This document shows positions 21,974 through 31,926 of a DNA stretch of 64,000 bases, piece by piece. The stretch covers positions 13,029-77,028 of the forward strand of contig CBDHDI010000018.1 of the NCBI GenBank assembly GCA_965261685.1. The letters run 5' to 3'. Both the position numbers and the translations under genes were made by a program. The DNA is from Dehalococcoidia bacterium (GTDB taxonomy: Bacteria; Chloroflexota; Dehalococcoidia; UBA2979). Under the pieces are notes generated by a model that did not search any database, was not told where the DNA came from, and saw nothing but the letters and a program-made list of their open reading frames with translations. Each line of letters begins with the position of its first letter. Position 1 is the first letter of the stretch.

Positions 21974-24900
21974 GGTCGCGAGGCGCGCTTGCGCTCGGAG
22001 TGGTACTGGGACTGGTTCTGCTCCTCGGCGGCTGCCGCAACGATCCCGCCGGGACGGCTACTCGCGCGCCCGCAGCGGGCACGCCTGCCTCGCTGGTCGC
22101 CGAAGCCAGAGTGAACTCACCGGCCGCCGAGGCGCCGGGCGACCCCATCGGAGTAGTGGAGCCCGCGGCCGAGGCCAAGCCCTGCGCCGACCCCGGCGCG
22201 TGTGTGCCGCGAAACGTGCACGCCCTGGATCCGTTCAGGACGATTCCGTTGTTCACGCCCGTACCCGCCGGCGTGTCGATGTCGAGTCCCGAGAAGGCCA
22301 GCGTGGAAGACGTGCTGGAGCAGGGATTGCGGCTGACGGAGTCCTCGCCTGTACACCTTGCCTTCCGGGGGACCGCCGCCAGCGCCTCGGTGCGTTGCGA
22401 GTGGCGCGGGATCGCCCGTACGGCGGCGCAGCGCGAGGCAACCATCCGCTCCTGGCTGGGCCTCGACGAGTCCCTGCCGCTGCCCGCGCCGGCGAGCATC
22501 GAGCGGCTGTTCCTCGCGATCTTGAACGCCGCTGACCTCGTGGACCCGGAGAGCGCGCGGGCGAGCTTCCGCGCGCTGGCGCGCGGAGGCGTGAACCACG
22601 ACTTCCAGTTCCTCGCCTGCTACGTCGACTACACCGTCAGCGAGTACGTGCTGGGCGCGGGTCCGACGACGCTCACGGTGGTGTACGACCGGATCGCGGA
22701 GAGCACGTCCTACGACCTCTACTGGCGCGCGCACGCGGCGGGCGAGTACGGGACAGAGGCGCTGCTGACCGAGGCGCAGCACGAGGCAGGCAGGGAGGCG
22801 CTGGTCTGGGCGGCGGAAGAGGGGCTGGCCGCCCTGCTGGGCGATCGCGAGGCGTTGCTCTTCGTAGCGCCGTTGGGCGCCCACAACGCGATCGCGGTCG
22901 AGGCCTGGCAGGTCGTGGACCAGTGGGACCTGCAGACGGTGGACGGCACGGTCAACGCCGTCCGCTACGGGGCCCTTGAGGGCGACCCGGAGCACACACA
23001 GACCTTGGCCGCGCTGAAGACGCGCATCACGAGGGCCGCAGCGGCCGACGCCTTCGCCAATGACCGCATCACGAACGCCAGCGGGCTGAGCGGCGCTTAC
23101 CGGACCATGGGCGCCTACGGGGACATTGACCCAAGCGACGGGGCTACGACGACGTTCACGCCTGCGCCGCCGCCGGCGGCGCTGACGTGCGCGAGCGGCA
23201 CAGCTGTGACGGACCCGGATGAGCATCGCGCGCTTGTGCGCGACTGCGAGGTGCTGCTGGACGGCAAGGCCGCGCTGGCCGGCACGGCCACCCTCAACTG
23301 GAGCGCGACCACCGCCATCGCTGGCTGGACCGGAGTGACGACGAGTGGGACGCCCGAGCGCGTGACGGGGCTGGCGCTGTCCAGCAAGAGCCTGAGCGGG
23401 AACATCCCGGCGGGACTGGGCGGGCTCTCCGCGCTGACGACGCTCAACCTCTCGAGCAACAGCCTGACGGGGGCGATCCCGGCCGAGCTGGGCCTGCTGC
23501 GGAACCTGACGGAGGTGAGGCTCTCGGGGAACAGCCTGACGGGCTGCATCCCTGCGGCGCTCAAGTCGGTGGCGACGAACGACCTGAGCTCGCTCTCGCT
23601 GCTCTACTGCTCGCCGCCCGCGCCCGCCACCCCTGCGGCCGGCACGACGGCGGAGGACAGCGTCGCGCTGAGTTGGACGGCGGTCTCGAGCACGAGCAAG
23701 TACCGCGTGGAGTACCGCCACGACCTGAACGACCGCTGGACCGAGGACAGCGCCAGCGTGACGGGCGCCTCCCACACCGTGGACGGACTGCGCTGCGAGC
23801 AGACCTACGCGTTCCGCGTGAGCGCCTACGGGAGCGGGACCACCTACACGGCAGCGTGGAGCGCGCCGTCGCTGCCGCTGCGCCATACGACAAGCACCTG
23901 CATGCCGCCCGTCTTCGGCGCCGAGTCCTACAGCTTCACGGTCGCCGAGAATGCTGCGACCGGCGCGGCGGTCGGCACTGTCGTGGCCACCGATCCCGGC
24001 GGCGTGACGTACGGGATCAGCGAGGGCAACGCCGAGGGCACGTTCACGATCGACGAGAGCACGGGGGCGATCACCGTGGCGGGCGAGCTGGACCACGAGA
24101 CCGTACCCAGCCTCTCGCTGACCGTGGCGGCGTGGGACGCCGCGGGCGGCGTGTCCAGTGTTCCCGCGACCGTCACAGTCACGGACGTGAACGAGGCGCC
24201 GGTCGCCGAGGACGACGTGGCCACGACCAGCACGGGCACGGCCGTGGCCATCGACGTGCTCGCCAACGACCGCGACGAGGACGCCGGCGCGACCCTGTCG
24301 GTCACGGCGGTGACGCAGCCCGCCAACGGAGCGGCGACCATCAACGCCGACGGCACAGTCAGCTACACCTCAGAAGTGGCCTTCGTCGGAGCGGACGCCT
24401 TCACCTACACGGTGTCAGACGGTGCGCACTCCGCGGACGGCAGCGTGACGGTCACGGTGACCTCCTTCTGCCTGAACGGAATCGTGGTGCCCGACCCGGC
24501 CGCCAACCCCGGGCTCGTCGCCGACTGCGAGATCCTGCGGGCGGCGAGGGACACGCTGCGCGGCACCGCGACGCTCGACTGGAGCGCGGACACCGCGATC
24601 GCGGACTGGACGGGGATCACGGTCGACGGTACGCCACAGCGTGTGACGCGCGTGAGGCCGACGCGCCAACGACTCAACGGCACCATCCCGGCACAGTTGG
24701 GCGGCCTCAGCAAGCTCGAGGACCTGCAGCTCTCCGACAATGCCCTGACGGGCCCGATCCCCGCAGAACTGGGGATGCTGAGCGAGCTGGATATCCTCTA
24801 CCTGTTCGATAACGAGCTGAGCGGCGCGATTCCCGCGTCGCTGGGAAACCTCGCCAAGCTACGCTTCCTCGGGCTCCGCGACAACCAGCTCACGGGGCCG

Positions 24901-27312
24901 ATTCCGGCCACGTTCGCGACGCTCTGGGAGCTGCAGGACCTGCTCCTGAACAACAACCGGCTCACGGGCGCGATCCCGGCCGTGCTGGGCGACCTCGGCC
25001 TGCGGAGCCTCTACGTGGCGGGCAACAGCGAGCTGACGGGCTGCATCCCCGCGGCCCTGAGCAGCGTCACGAACAGCGACCTCGCGACGCTCGGACTGGA
25101 CGACTGCGCGGCAGAGCCGACGCACACGCTGACGACCTCGTCGAGCGGGAGCGGGTCGATCTCGCCGCGGCCGGGGACGCACAGCTACCGCAGCGGGGCG
25201 CTGGTGCGGGTGGTGGCGAGCGCGGGCAGCCTGTTACGGGTGGCGTCGTGGGGCGGCGACTGCGCCGCCATCCCCGTCACGGAGCCGGCGTGCGTGCTGA
25301 CGATCGACTCCGACAAGACGGTGAGCGTGACGTTCGAGCGGATCACGTACACGCTGACGGCGATGGCGACGGGCGGGGGGAGCGTCACCCCCGACGGGGC
25401 GACGACGCACGCCGAAGACCGTGAGGTGACGCTGACCGCGAGTTGGGATGCGGCGACGCACTCCTTCATAGGCTGGGGCGACGACTGTGCCGCCAGCGGC
25501 ACCGAGCCAACCTGTACGCTCACGATGGACGCGAACAAGACGGTGACGGCGACGTTCGCGCGCACGACCTACACGCTCACGACCTCGGCGGGCGCGAACG
25601 GGAGCATCTTGCCGGCCCCGGACACACACACCTACGCGAGGGGCACGAGCGTGACCGTGACGGCGACACCCGACGAGGGCTACCGCGTCGCCGCGTGGGG
25701 CAACGACTGCGGCGACAGCGGCAGGGCCCCGAGTTGCGTGCTCACGATGGACGCAGACTGGACGGCCAGTGTCACCTTCGAGCCCGTCGAGCGCACCTTG
25801 ACGGTGACGGCCACGGAGGGCGGCAGCGTCGAGCCGGGCGGGACGACCGCGCACGACAACGGAGCCGAGGTGACGCTGACGGCGAGTTGGAACGACGCCA
25901 CGCACAGCTTCACGGGCTGGAGCGGCGACTGCGCCGACAGCGGCACGGCCTCGACCTGCGTGCTGACGATGAACGCGGACAAGACGGTGACGGCGACCTT
26001 CACGGCGCTGCCGGCGGACCGCTGCGCGACGCCGTCGGACGCGGACTGCATCCGCGCCGTCTACGTGGGCGCGCCGGGCGACTACGCCCAGGTGACCAAC
26101 ATCCCCGCCGGCGTGCTCCTCGCGCCGGGCGGCGACGGCCGCTACCCCGTCGAGCGCGGGCAGCGGATCACGGTCGTCACGGCGGCCCCGCTGCCGGAGG
26201 GCTACACGCGCTTCTACCTGCAGCGGCGGCCGTCAGAGGGCCCCGCGCCGACGACCCACGAGCAGCTGATCGCGCCGCTGGGGACGACCTACACGTTCAC
26301 GGTGACCGCCGACGCGGCCGCGGCCTCGCTGATCACCTTCGACCTGACGGCGGCACGGCCGTGGCCGTTGCCGAGACCGGGCCAGAAGCCGGAACTCGGA
26401 GACGTGACCGTGACCGCCACGTTCGCCACCGGGGAGGTGGCGGCAGAGCCCAACAGCCTTGCCACGGGGGCGCCTGCCATCACCGGGACGCTCCAGGTGG
26501 GCGAGACCCTGACGGCGGACACGGCGGGTATCGCCGACGCCGACGGGCTCACCAACGTTTCGTACAGCTACCAGTGGCTGGCTGACGACGCGAACATTCA
26601 GGGCGCGACGGACCCCACCTACACCCTCGGCGAAGACGACGAGGGCGAGACCATCAAGGTGCGCGTGTCCTTCACCGACGACGCGAACAACGAGGAATCG
26701 TTGACCAGCGCCGCAACGGATGCAGTGGCGGCCCTGCCGGTGCCCGGCCGGCCGCTAGACCTGGACGGCGAGGCCACGGCTCAGGGGATGGAGCTGACCT
26801 GGTCTGCGCCTCCCGGCGACACCGTTGTCGAATACGTGATCTATCGGGCCGAGCTCCAAAACGGCCAACTCCACGGACGACCAATGACGAAGTACGCCAC
26901 CATCGATGCGACCGGCGCGGGCATGGCCTACACCGATGCTGACGTGGAGGCGGGCGTGGAGTACCGCTACAGGGTGGCGGCGGTGAATTCCGCCGGGGAG
27001 GGCAAGAAGTCCACCTGGCTCGATATAGCGGCGCAAGATTCTTCATCGTCGCCACGATGGATCGGCGGGACGCCTCTGCGCGGAGCGGCTCAACGGCGTC
27101 GTCGGGGGCCCCGGCCAACGCAAGAGCCCGCACACATGGAAGTCGGGGCGGGATCGGCATCCCACCCGACTCTCCCAACCCGTGGGAGCGGACAGGCGAC
27201 GGAGGTCGGGCTCCTCGCCCCCGGCGGAGTCCAGATGCCAGACGGGCTCGGTGCTCCCGCAGAAGGGAGTACTGACCCGCTCTGTGGGCGCCACACCTCG
27301 ACAGCGCGCTGA
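21970..27312 (+). CDS. Large LRR / FN3 / cadherin / Ig / InlB-B-repeat surface lipoprotein
   Basis: LLGGC lipobox-like sequence, plant-type LRRs (LSSNSLTGAIPAELG), cadherin motifs (VAEN...LDHE...DVNEAP), DVLAND Ig domain and four GW.DC B-repeats. The last ~90 aa look like read-through. Confidence 0.88.
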   Translation: MRSRGALALGVVLGLVLLLGGCRNDPAGTATRAPAAGTPASLVAEARVNSPAAEAPGDPIGVVEPAAEAKPCADPGACVPRNVHALDPFRTIPLFTPVPAGVSMSSPEKASVEDVLEQGLRLTESSPVHLAFRGTAASASVRCEWRGIARTAAQREATIRSWLGLDESLPLPAPASIERLFLAILNAADLVDPESARASFRALARGGVNHDFQFLACYVDYTVSEYVLGAGPTTLTVVYDRIAESTSYDLYWRAHAAGEYGTEALLTEAQHEAGREALVWAAEEGLAALLGDREALLFVAPLGAHNAIAVEAWQVVDQWDLQTVDGTVNAVRYGALEGDPEHTQTLAALKTRITRAAAADAFANDRITNASGLSGAYRTMGAYGDIDPSDGATTTFTPAPPPAALTCASGTAVTDPDEHRALVRDCEVLLDGKAALAGTATLNWSATTAIAGWTGVTTSGTPERVTGLALSSKSLSGNIPAGLGGLSALTTLNLSSNSLTGAIPAELGLLRNLTEVRLSGNSLTGCIPAALKSVATNDLSSLSLLYCSPPAPATPAAGTTAEDSVALSWTAVSSTSKYRVEYRHDLNDRWTEDSASVTGASHTVDGLRCEQTYAFRVSAYGSGTTYTAAWSAPSLPLRHTTSTCMPPVFGAESYSFTVAENAATGAAVGTVVATDPGGVTYGISEGNAEGTFTIDESTGAITVAGELDHETVPSLSLTVAAWDAAGGVSSVPATVTVTDVNEAPVAEDDVATTSTGTAVAIDVLANDRDEDAGATLSVTAVTQPANGAATINADGTVSYTSEVAFVGADAFTYTVSDGAHSADGSVTVTVTSFCLNGIVVPDPAANPGLVADCEILRAARDTLRGTATLDWSADTAIADWTGITVDGTPQRVTRVRPTRQRLNGTIPAQLGGLSKLEDLQLSDNALTGPIPAELGMLSELDILYLFDNELSGAIPASLGNLAKLRFLGLRDNQLTGPIPATFATLWELQDLLLNNNRLTGAIPAVLGDLGLRSLYVAGNSELTGCIPAALSSVTNSDLATLGLDDCAAEPTHTLTTSSSGSGSISPRPGTHSYRSGALVRVVASAGSLLRVASWGGDCAAIPVTEPACVLTIDSDKTVSVTFERITYTLTAMATGGGSVTPDGATTHAEDREVTLTASWDAATHSFIGWGDDCAASGTEPTCTLTMDANKTVTATFARTTYTLTTSAGANGSILPAPDTHTYARGTSVTVTATPDEGYRVAAWGNDCGDSGRAPSCVLTMDADWTASVTFEPVERTLTVTATEGGSVEPGGTTAHDNGAEVTLTASWNDATHSFTGWSGDCADSGTASTCVLTMNADKTVTATFTALPADRCATPSDADCIRAVYVGAPGDYAQVTNIPAGVLLAPGGDGRYPVERGQRITVVTAAPLPEGYTRFYLQRRPSEGPAPTTHEQLIAPLGTTYTFTVTADAAAASLITFDLTAARPWPLPRPGQKPELGDVTVTATFATGEVAAEPNSLATGAPAITGTLQVGETLTADTAGIADADGLTNVSYSYQWLADDANIQGATDPTYTLGEDDEGETIKVRVSFTDDANNEESLTSAATDAVAALPVPGRPLDLDGEATAQGMELTWSAPPGDTVVEYVIYRAELQNGQLHGRPMTKYATIDATGAGMAYTDADVEAGVEYRYRVAAVNSAGEGKKSTWLDIAAQDSSSSPRWIGGTPLRGAAQRRRRGPRPTQEPAHMEVGAGSASHPTLPTRGSGQATEVGLLAPGGVQMPDGLGAPAEGSTDPLCGRHTSTAR

Positions 27313-27483
27313 CCACAGTGGCCCCGGCCAACACGGCACGTGACCGAGACTTGCCGCCTGTCGGCTGTGCGGCAATTGTCAACAGCGCTCGGATAGCGAT
27401 CCAGATCAGCGCTCGGATGGTGATCCACTCCGGCGCCACGATCCCTGCTGACGTTCTTGGTGCTGAGTCCTTCGTTGATCAGG

Positions 27484-28233
27484 TCAGGTCTGTGTTCTGT
27501 GACGGGTCCGGTAGGACGGGCCGCGCGTGGTGAGGATCTGGGCGTGGTGCCCGAGGCGGTCGAGCAGCGCCGTGGTGAGCTTCTCGTCGCCGAAGACGCG
27601 TACCCACTCGCTGAAGGCGAGGTTGGTGGTGACGATCGTCGAGCGACGCTCGTAGCGGTCGGCGAGGAGGTTGAAGAGCAACTCGCCGCCGGTGCGCTCG
27701 AAGGGCACGAAGCCGAGCTCGTCGACGATCAGCAGCGCGACCCGCAGGTAGCGCTGGTGCAGCCGCGAGAGCGTGAGTTCGTCGCGCGCCTCGACGAGTT
27801 CGCGAACGAGGTCGGCGGCGCGCACGAAGGCGACGCGGTGGCGGCGGCGGGCAGCCTCGACGCCGAGCGCGATCGCGAGGTGCGTCTTGCCGGTGCCGAT
27901 CGGCCCGGCGATGACGACGTCCTCGGTGCGCTCGATGTATTCGCAGGCGGCGAGCTGGGCGAGCTGCGGCCGCTCGATGCCCTGCAGCGCGTCCCAGTCG
28001 AGTTGCTCGAGGGTCTTGAGGTCGGGGAACCGCGCCTGGCGCAGCAGGCGTGCGACCGCGCTATCGCGGCGGGCCAGCACCTCTGCCTCGAGCAGCTGCA
28101 CGAGGAACTCCTCGTAGTCCCAGCCGTCGTGCGTGGCCTGGCGCACCAGCGCGGGGTACTCGCGGCGGATCGTGGGCAGCTTCAGCTCCCGGCAGTGCGC
28201 CTCGAGCACTGCCGCGCGAGCCGCCTCGCTCAC
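27484..28233 (-). CDS. istB: IS21 helper ATPase
   Basis: GPIGTGKT and LLIVDELG; near-identical to 10505-11254. Confidence 0.93.
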   Translation of the reverse strand: MSEAARAAVLEAHCRELKLPTIRREYPALVRQATHDGWDYEEFLVQLLEAEVLARRDSAVARLLRQARFPDLKTLEQLDWDALQGIERPQLAQLAACEYIERTEDVVIAGPIGTGKTHLAIALGVEAARRRHRVAFVRAADLVRELVEARDELTLSRLHQRYLRVALLIVDELGFVPFERTGGELLFNLLADRYERRSTIVTTNLAFSEWVRVFGDEKLTTALLDRLGHHAQILTTRGPSYRTRHRTQT

Positions 28234-29087
28234 GGCGCCGCCGCCAGGAGGAGCCGGTCGTAGACGGCCGCCGAGACGCTCTCGACCTCGTAGCCGCGCA
28301 GCGCCTCGGGCACCGTCACCGCCTCCGGCGCCCGGGCCGAGGCGAGCAGGCGCTGCACGGCGAGCTCGTCGAAGCGCTCCTGCCCGAGGACCTGCTCCAG
28401 GACGTCGCGCACTCGCTCCTCGCCGTGCTCGTCCACGCTGCGCAGCAGCCGTGCGAGGCTGCGCGCCCCCTCCTGCGGGCCCTGCTCGCGCTCCAGCAGC
28501 GCCCAGAGCCGCCCGTAGGGCTCGCCCAGCGCCTCGACCAGCTCCGGCGCCACCTGCCGCACCGCCTGCGGCTTGCGCGCCAGCTCGGTGAGGTAGTGCC
28601 GGTAGTCCACGCGGCGCCCGCCGAAGCGCTGCCGGGGATGCACGACGTCCTCGCCACGGCAGCGCAGCGTCAACTCGTCGACGCCGATGTAGGCCGTCGC
28701 CACAAGCCCCGCCCAGCGGCTCGGCACCGAGTACCAGGCCCCCTCGACGCGCACCAGCGCGCTGCGGCTCACCGAGACCGGCTGCACCCGCCGCGGCTCG
28801 AACGCGACAGCGGGCTCGGGGCGCAGCAGCGGCCGCTCCTCGGCGAAGCGCTCCCAGACCCGCGGCGCGGCGTGGCGGTCGACCTCCCCCTGCAGCCAGT
28901 CCGAGAGCGCGGCCAGCGAGTCGCCGCGGGGGATCGGCGTGAGGTGCTGCAGCCGCACACCCCTGCCGCGCCCCTCGACCCCGCCCTTGTCATGGCCCTC
29001 GCCGGGCCGCGCAAAGCAGGGCTCGTACAGGTAGTGGCTGACCAGCGCCGTGAACCGCTCGGTGAGCCGGCGCCTGGGGAACTGCAC
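28230..29087 (-). pseudogene. istA: IS21 transposase, C-terminal half
   Basis: HDKGGVE motif and Mu-C-terminal-like YSVP; N-terminal half missing. Confidence 0.85.
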
Positions 29088-29106
29088 CCGCTGCAGAGCG
29101 GGACTG

Positions 29107-29976
29107 CTACCGCCACCACAGGCCGAGGGTGAGCACGCGGCGCAGCAGGCGCAGCCGTTCGGCGCGCACGCGCTCCCCGTGCACGCGCCGGAGCGTCACG
29201 CGGCGCCAGCGCAGCTGATCGTCGCGGCGGGAGGGATGGAGCGGTTCCGTCTCGGGCGGCAGCGCGAGCCCGTACCTGGCGATCAACTCGATCTCGATCT
29301 CCCAGCGACGCTCCTCGGCGCGTGCCCGCTCGACCGCGCTGCCGCGCTGGGCGTCGTCGCCCCGCAGGCGCCGCCACTCGGCCACGAGCGCGGCGGCTCC
29401 GCCGAGAACGGCCTCTTCGCCCTCAAGTGGCTCCAGCGTGACCACGCCGGGCCGGTGCGTGCCGGGGTCATCGTGTGCCGGGGCAGGAGCCCGTGAGCCG
29501 TCAGCGTCCGGCTCCTGCTCCCGGTTCGGCTCTCCTGCCTGCGACCCTGGCTCCGGTTTACCGGGAGGCTGCTTCGTTCTCGGCTCGCCGGCCTGCTGCT
29601 CCTCCAGCGACGCCAGCCGGCGCTCCAGTGCATCCGCCCGCTAGCGCTCCTGTGCAAGCGCGTCGAGCGTGTCCGCAAGCTGAGCCTCCACCGCCTCGAC
29701 CCTCCGCGCCAGCTCCTCGCCCGTCACCGCTGCCGCCTCGGCGTCCGCGGCCGATTCGGCGTGGTGCGCGGCCAGCAGCGCTTCCCGCACGACCCGTGAG
29801 AGCGTCTGCTCGTCGAGTGCCCGCGCCAGCGTGCGGTAGTTGAGGCCGACGTCCCGCGCCGCTTGGACCCGCCCGCGGGCCTTCGCGATCTCCCCGGCCC
29901 AGCGCAGCAGCTCCTCGTCAGAGACCGGCTCGCCACCACCGTCGCCACGACGCTTGGGCTGTTCACCTGCCTCCAT
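29107..29976 (-). pseudogene. 'RRVLTLGLWW' family paralogue with one in-frame TAG
   Basis: GRVQAARDVGLNYRTLARAL, TAG at 29641-29643, then the same frame continues to LALPPETEPL...RRVLTLGLWWR. Confidence 0.75.
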
Positions 29977-30390
29977 GCCGCCCTTGCGATAGCAGGACAG
30001 AGACCTCATTGATCCCAAAACACGCCTCCCGGTACGGTCGTATGTGAGCAAGTCGGAAGCAGGTGATGGAGAATGGATGGCGACACTGTACCGGTGGGAC
30101 AGGACGGCCCGCGAGTGGCTCGACCACCGCAACGGGCCTTGGGCACCCCTTCTCGGCTGTCCCGTGGCGAGACTCTTATTCGCCCGAGGAGACTTCACCC
30201 AGAGCGACGCCGCGTGACTTATCGTGCTGGAGGTCGGGGAGCGCGGAGGCGCGGCCTACTCTGTTAGACCGTGACCTCAGGATCGTGACGCTGTTGGCCA
30301 ACAGACCCAGCAGCGGCGACCTCCTATGAGAACGGCCGTGTCTACGTCACCTGCGGCGGGAACCTTGTCCTCGCCAGAAAGTAGCTGTAG

Positions 30391-31185
30391 TTGAAACTCC
30401 AGGAGTTTCGAGACGACCTGAAACGCAGGTTCGAGGAGCGCCCAGAACCGGATGCTCCCGGGTACCACAGCTACACTGTGTCCGCAGCGACATTGCTCCG
30501 AACGATTTGCGGCGCTTTGGAAACGAGCGACCTCTCCCTGAGAGACACACGGACGGGTGAATCTCATACGCTCTCTACTATTCTAGGAACGATGATCCAC
30601 CTTGAGCACTTCATCCTAGGAGAGCAAGACGTCGATGAGATCCAGATCGCTTCGGATCGGAAGGGACCGTTCCATCTGAAGTCGAGCGAGTATGAGCAGA
30701 TCGTCGAGTCCATTGCATCTGACGATTTGTTTGTCCTTGACCGATTGATTCGCAAGGCCATAGCAGGGCTCAAGAAGGTGCTGATAGACGAACAAGACAG
30801 GGACCTCTACCACACCCTCGATCAGATATGCTATGTACTTGCCATGATTAACACCATGACTAAGGCTGGACAGATTCCCGAGCTGCCAGAAGATATTGAG
30901 GTCGAAGGCGAGCGTATCGACTACACAGCAGTTGCTGACCCGCACAATAGAATCTACCCGGTGGCGCTCCCCCTGCGTTGGATCGCGACTGGATACGGGG
31001 TAATCTGGATTCCAATACAGTGCGCGCGGAACGAGAAGTCTGGTGATCTTGCGTTGGCGATGTCTGAGATCACTATGGGAAGTCTCCTGACTAAACAGCC
31101 TAACGTTGTGTTCTATCGTCTGTCCTCATGGCTGGGTGCATTTGAACGGTCGCACAAGTCCCTGTTTTGTTTCACTGAGAGTTGA
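30391..31185 (+). CDS. Hypothetical protein (lower-GC cargo)
   Basis: 264-aa ORF with globular composition in a lower-GC segment; no motif recognised. Confidence 0.65.
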   Translation: MKLQEFRDDLKRRFEERPEPDAPGYHSYTVSAATLLRTICGALETSDLSLRDTRTGESHTLSTILGTMIHLEHFILGEQDVDEIQIASDRKGPFHLKSSEYEQIVESIASDDLFVLDRLIRKAIAGLKKVLIDEQDRDLYHTLDQICYVLAMINTMTKAGQIPELPEDIEVEGERIDYTAVADPHNRIYPVALPLRWIATGYGVIWIPIQCARNEKSGDLALAMSEITMGSLLTKQPNVVFYRLSSWLGAFERSHKSLFCFTES

Positions 31186-31590
31186 AACAAACATCACCTT
31201 CTGCCTTTTCTCGATCACAGGGAGATCGGTTGCGGCAGCATTGTCCCTCCCCACATCCGGGCGAAGAGTGCGTCGAGCGCCCGACTGCGCCCTCGGGCCG
31301 GAGTCGTTGCTCGAGCTGTCCCAAACGGGCCACGTGCCGCCAGGCATCAGGGTGCGTCATCCTGCGGCCATGACGGGGCCGCGCTCGGTGCGTTCAGCGA
31401 CGGTCAGTCAGCGGGCTACTGCTACCAGAGCCAGAGCGTGAGGATGCGGCGGGCGGCGCGCTGCTGCCCCGCGTTCGGCGTGGCGCCGGTGACGCAGTGA
31501 CTGCGAGGCGCTGAGATTGACCACGGGCCGTTGCCGCCACCCCCCCTGCGGTCCCAGCGAGCCGGACCGGCGATGCGCGCCGCACGCGCC

Positions 31591-31788
31591 TCATGCCGCG
31601 TCGTCTCCGCGGGCTCGCTCGCCGGCCGGACGGAGACGCCCGCTCCGCGGCGCAGCATGGCCCTCCCCCGGCGACCGGCCCGCACCGGGCCCAGGATGAG
31701 CGAGCGCGCGGCGCGCGATGATGCGCGCCAGGATGCGCAGGCCCGCGAGGCGCGCCCGCTCGTGCTCGTCGCTCGGTGCTCGTCGCAT
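31591..31788 (-). CDS. Small 'GLRxLARII' family protein, copy B
   Basis: MRRAPSDEHERARLAGLRILARIIARRALAHP. Confidence 0.6.
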   Translation of the reverse strand: MRRAPSDEHERARLAGLRILARIIARRALAHPGPGAGRSPGEGHAAPRSGRLRPAGERARGDDAA

Positions 31789-31926
31789 CGTCACGCTCGT
31801 CTTCCCCGAGGAGCACCGCGCCGTCTGCCGATCGCGAAGTGCCCCGCTCCTCGGACTCCAGCGTGGCCGGGCGAGGGGCGGAGCACAGTCCCGTGAATCG
31901 GACTTCATTGGTGAAAGCTGTCTCAG

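Larger units (their letters stand above)
27377..29087 (-). mobile_element. 5'-truncated IS21-family element (same type as 8955-11356)
   Basis: Right end TGTCAACAGCGCTCGGATAGCGATCC at 27377; istA begins abruptly at VQFPRR. Confidence 0.88.
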
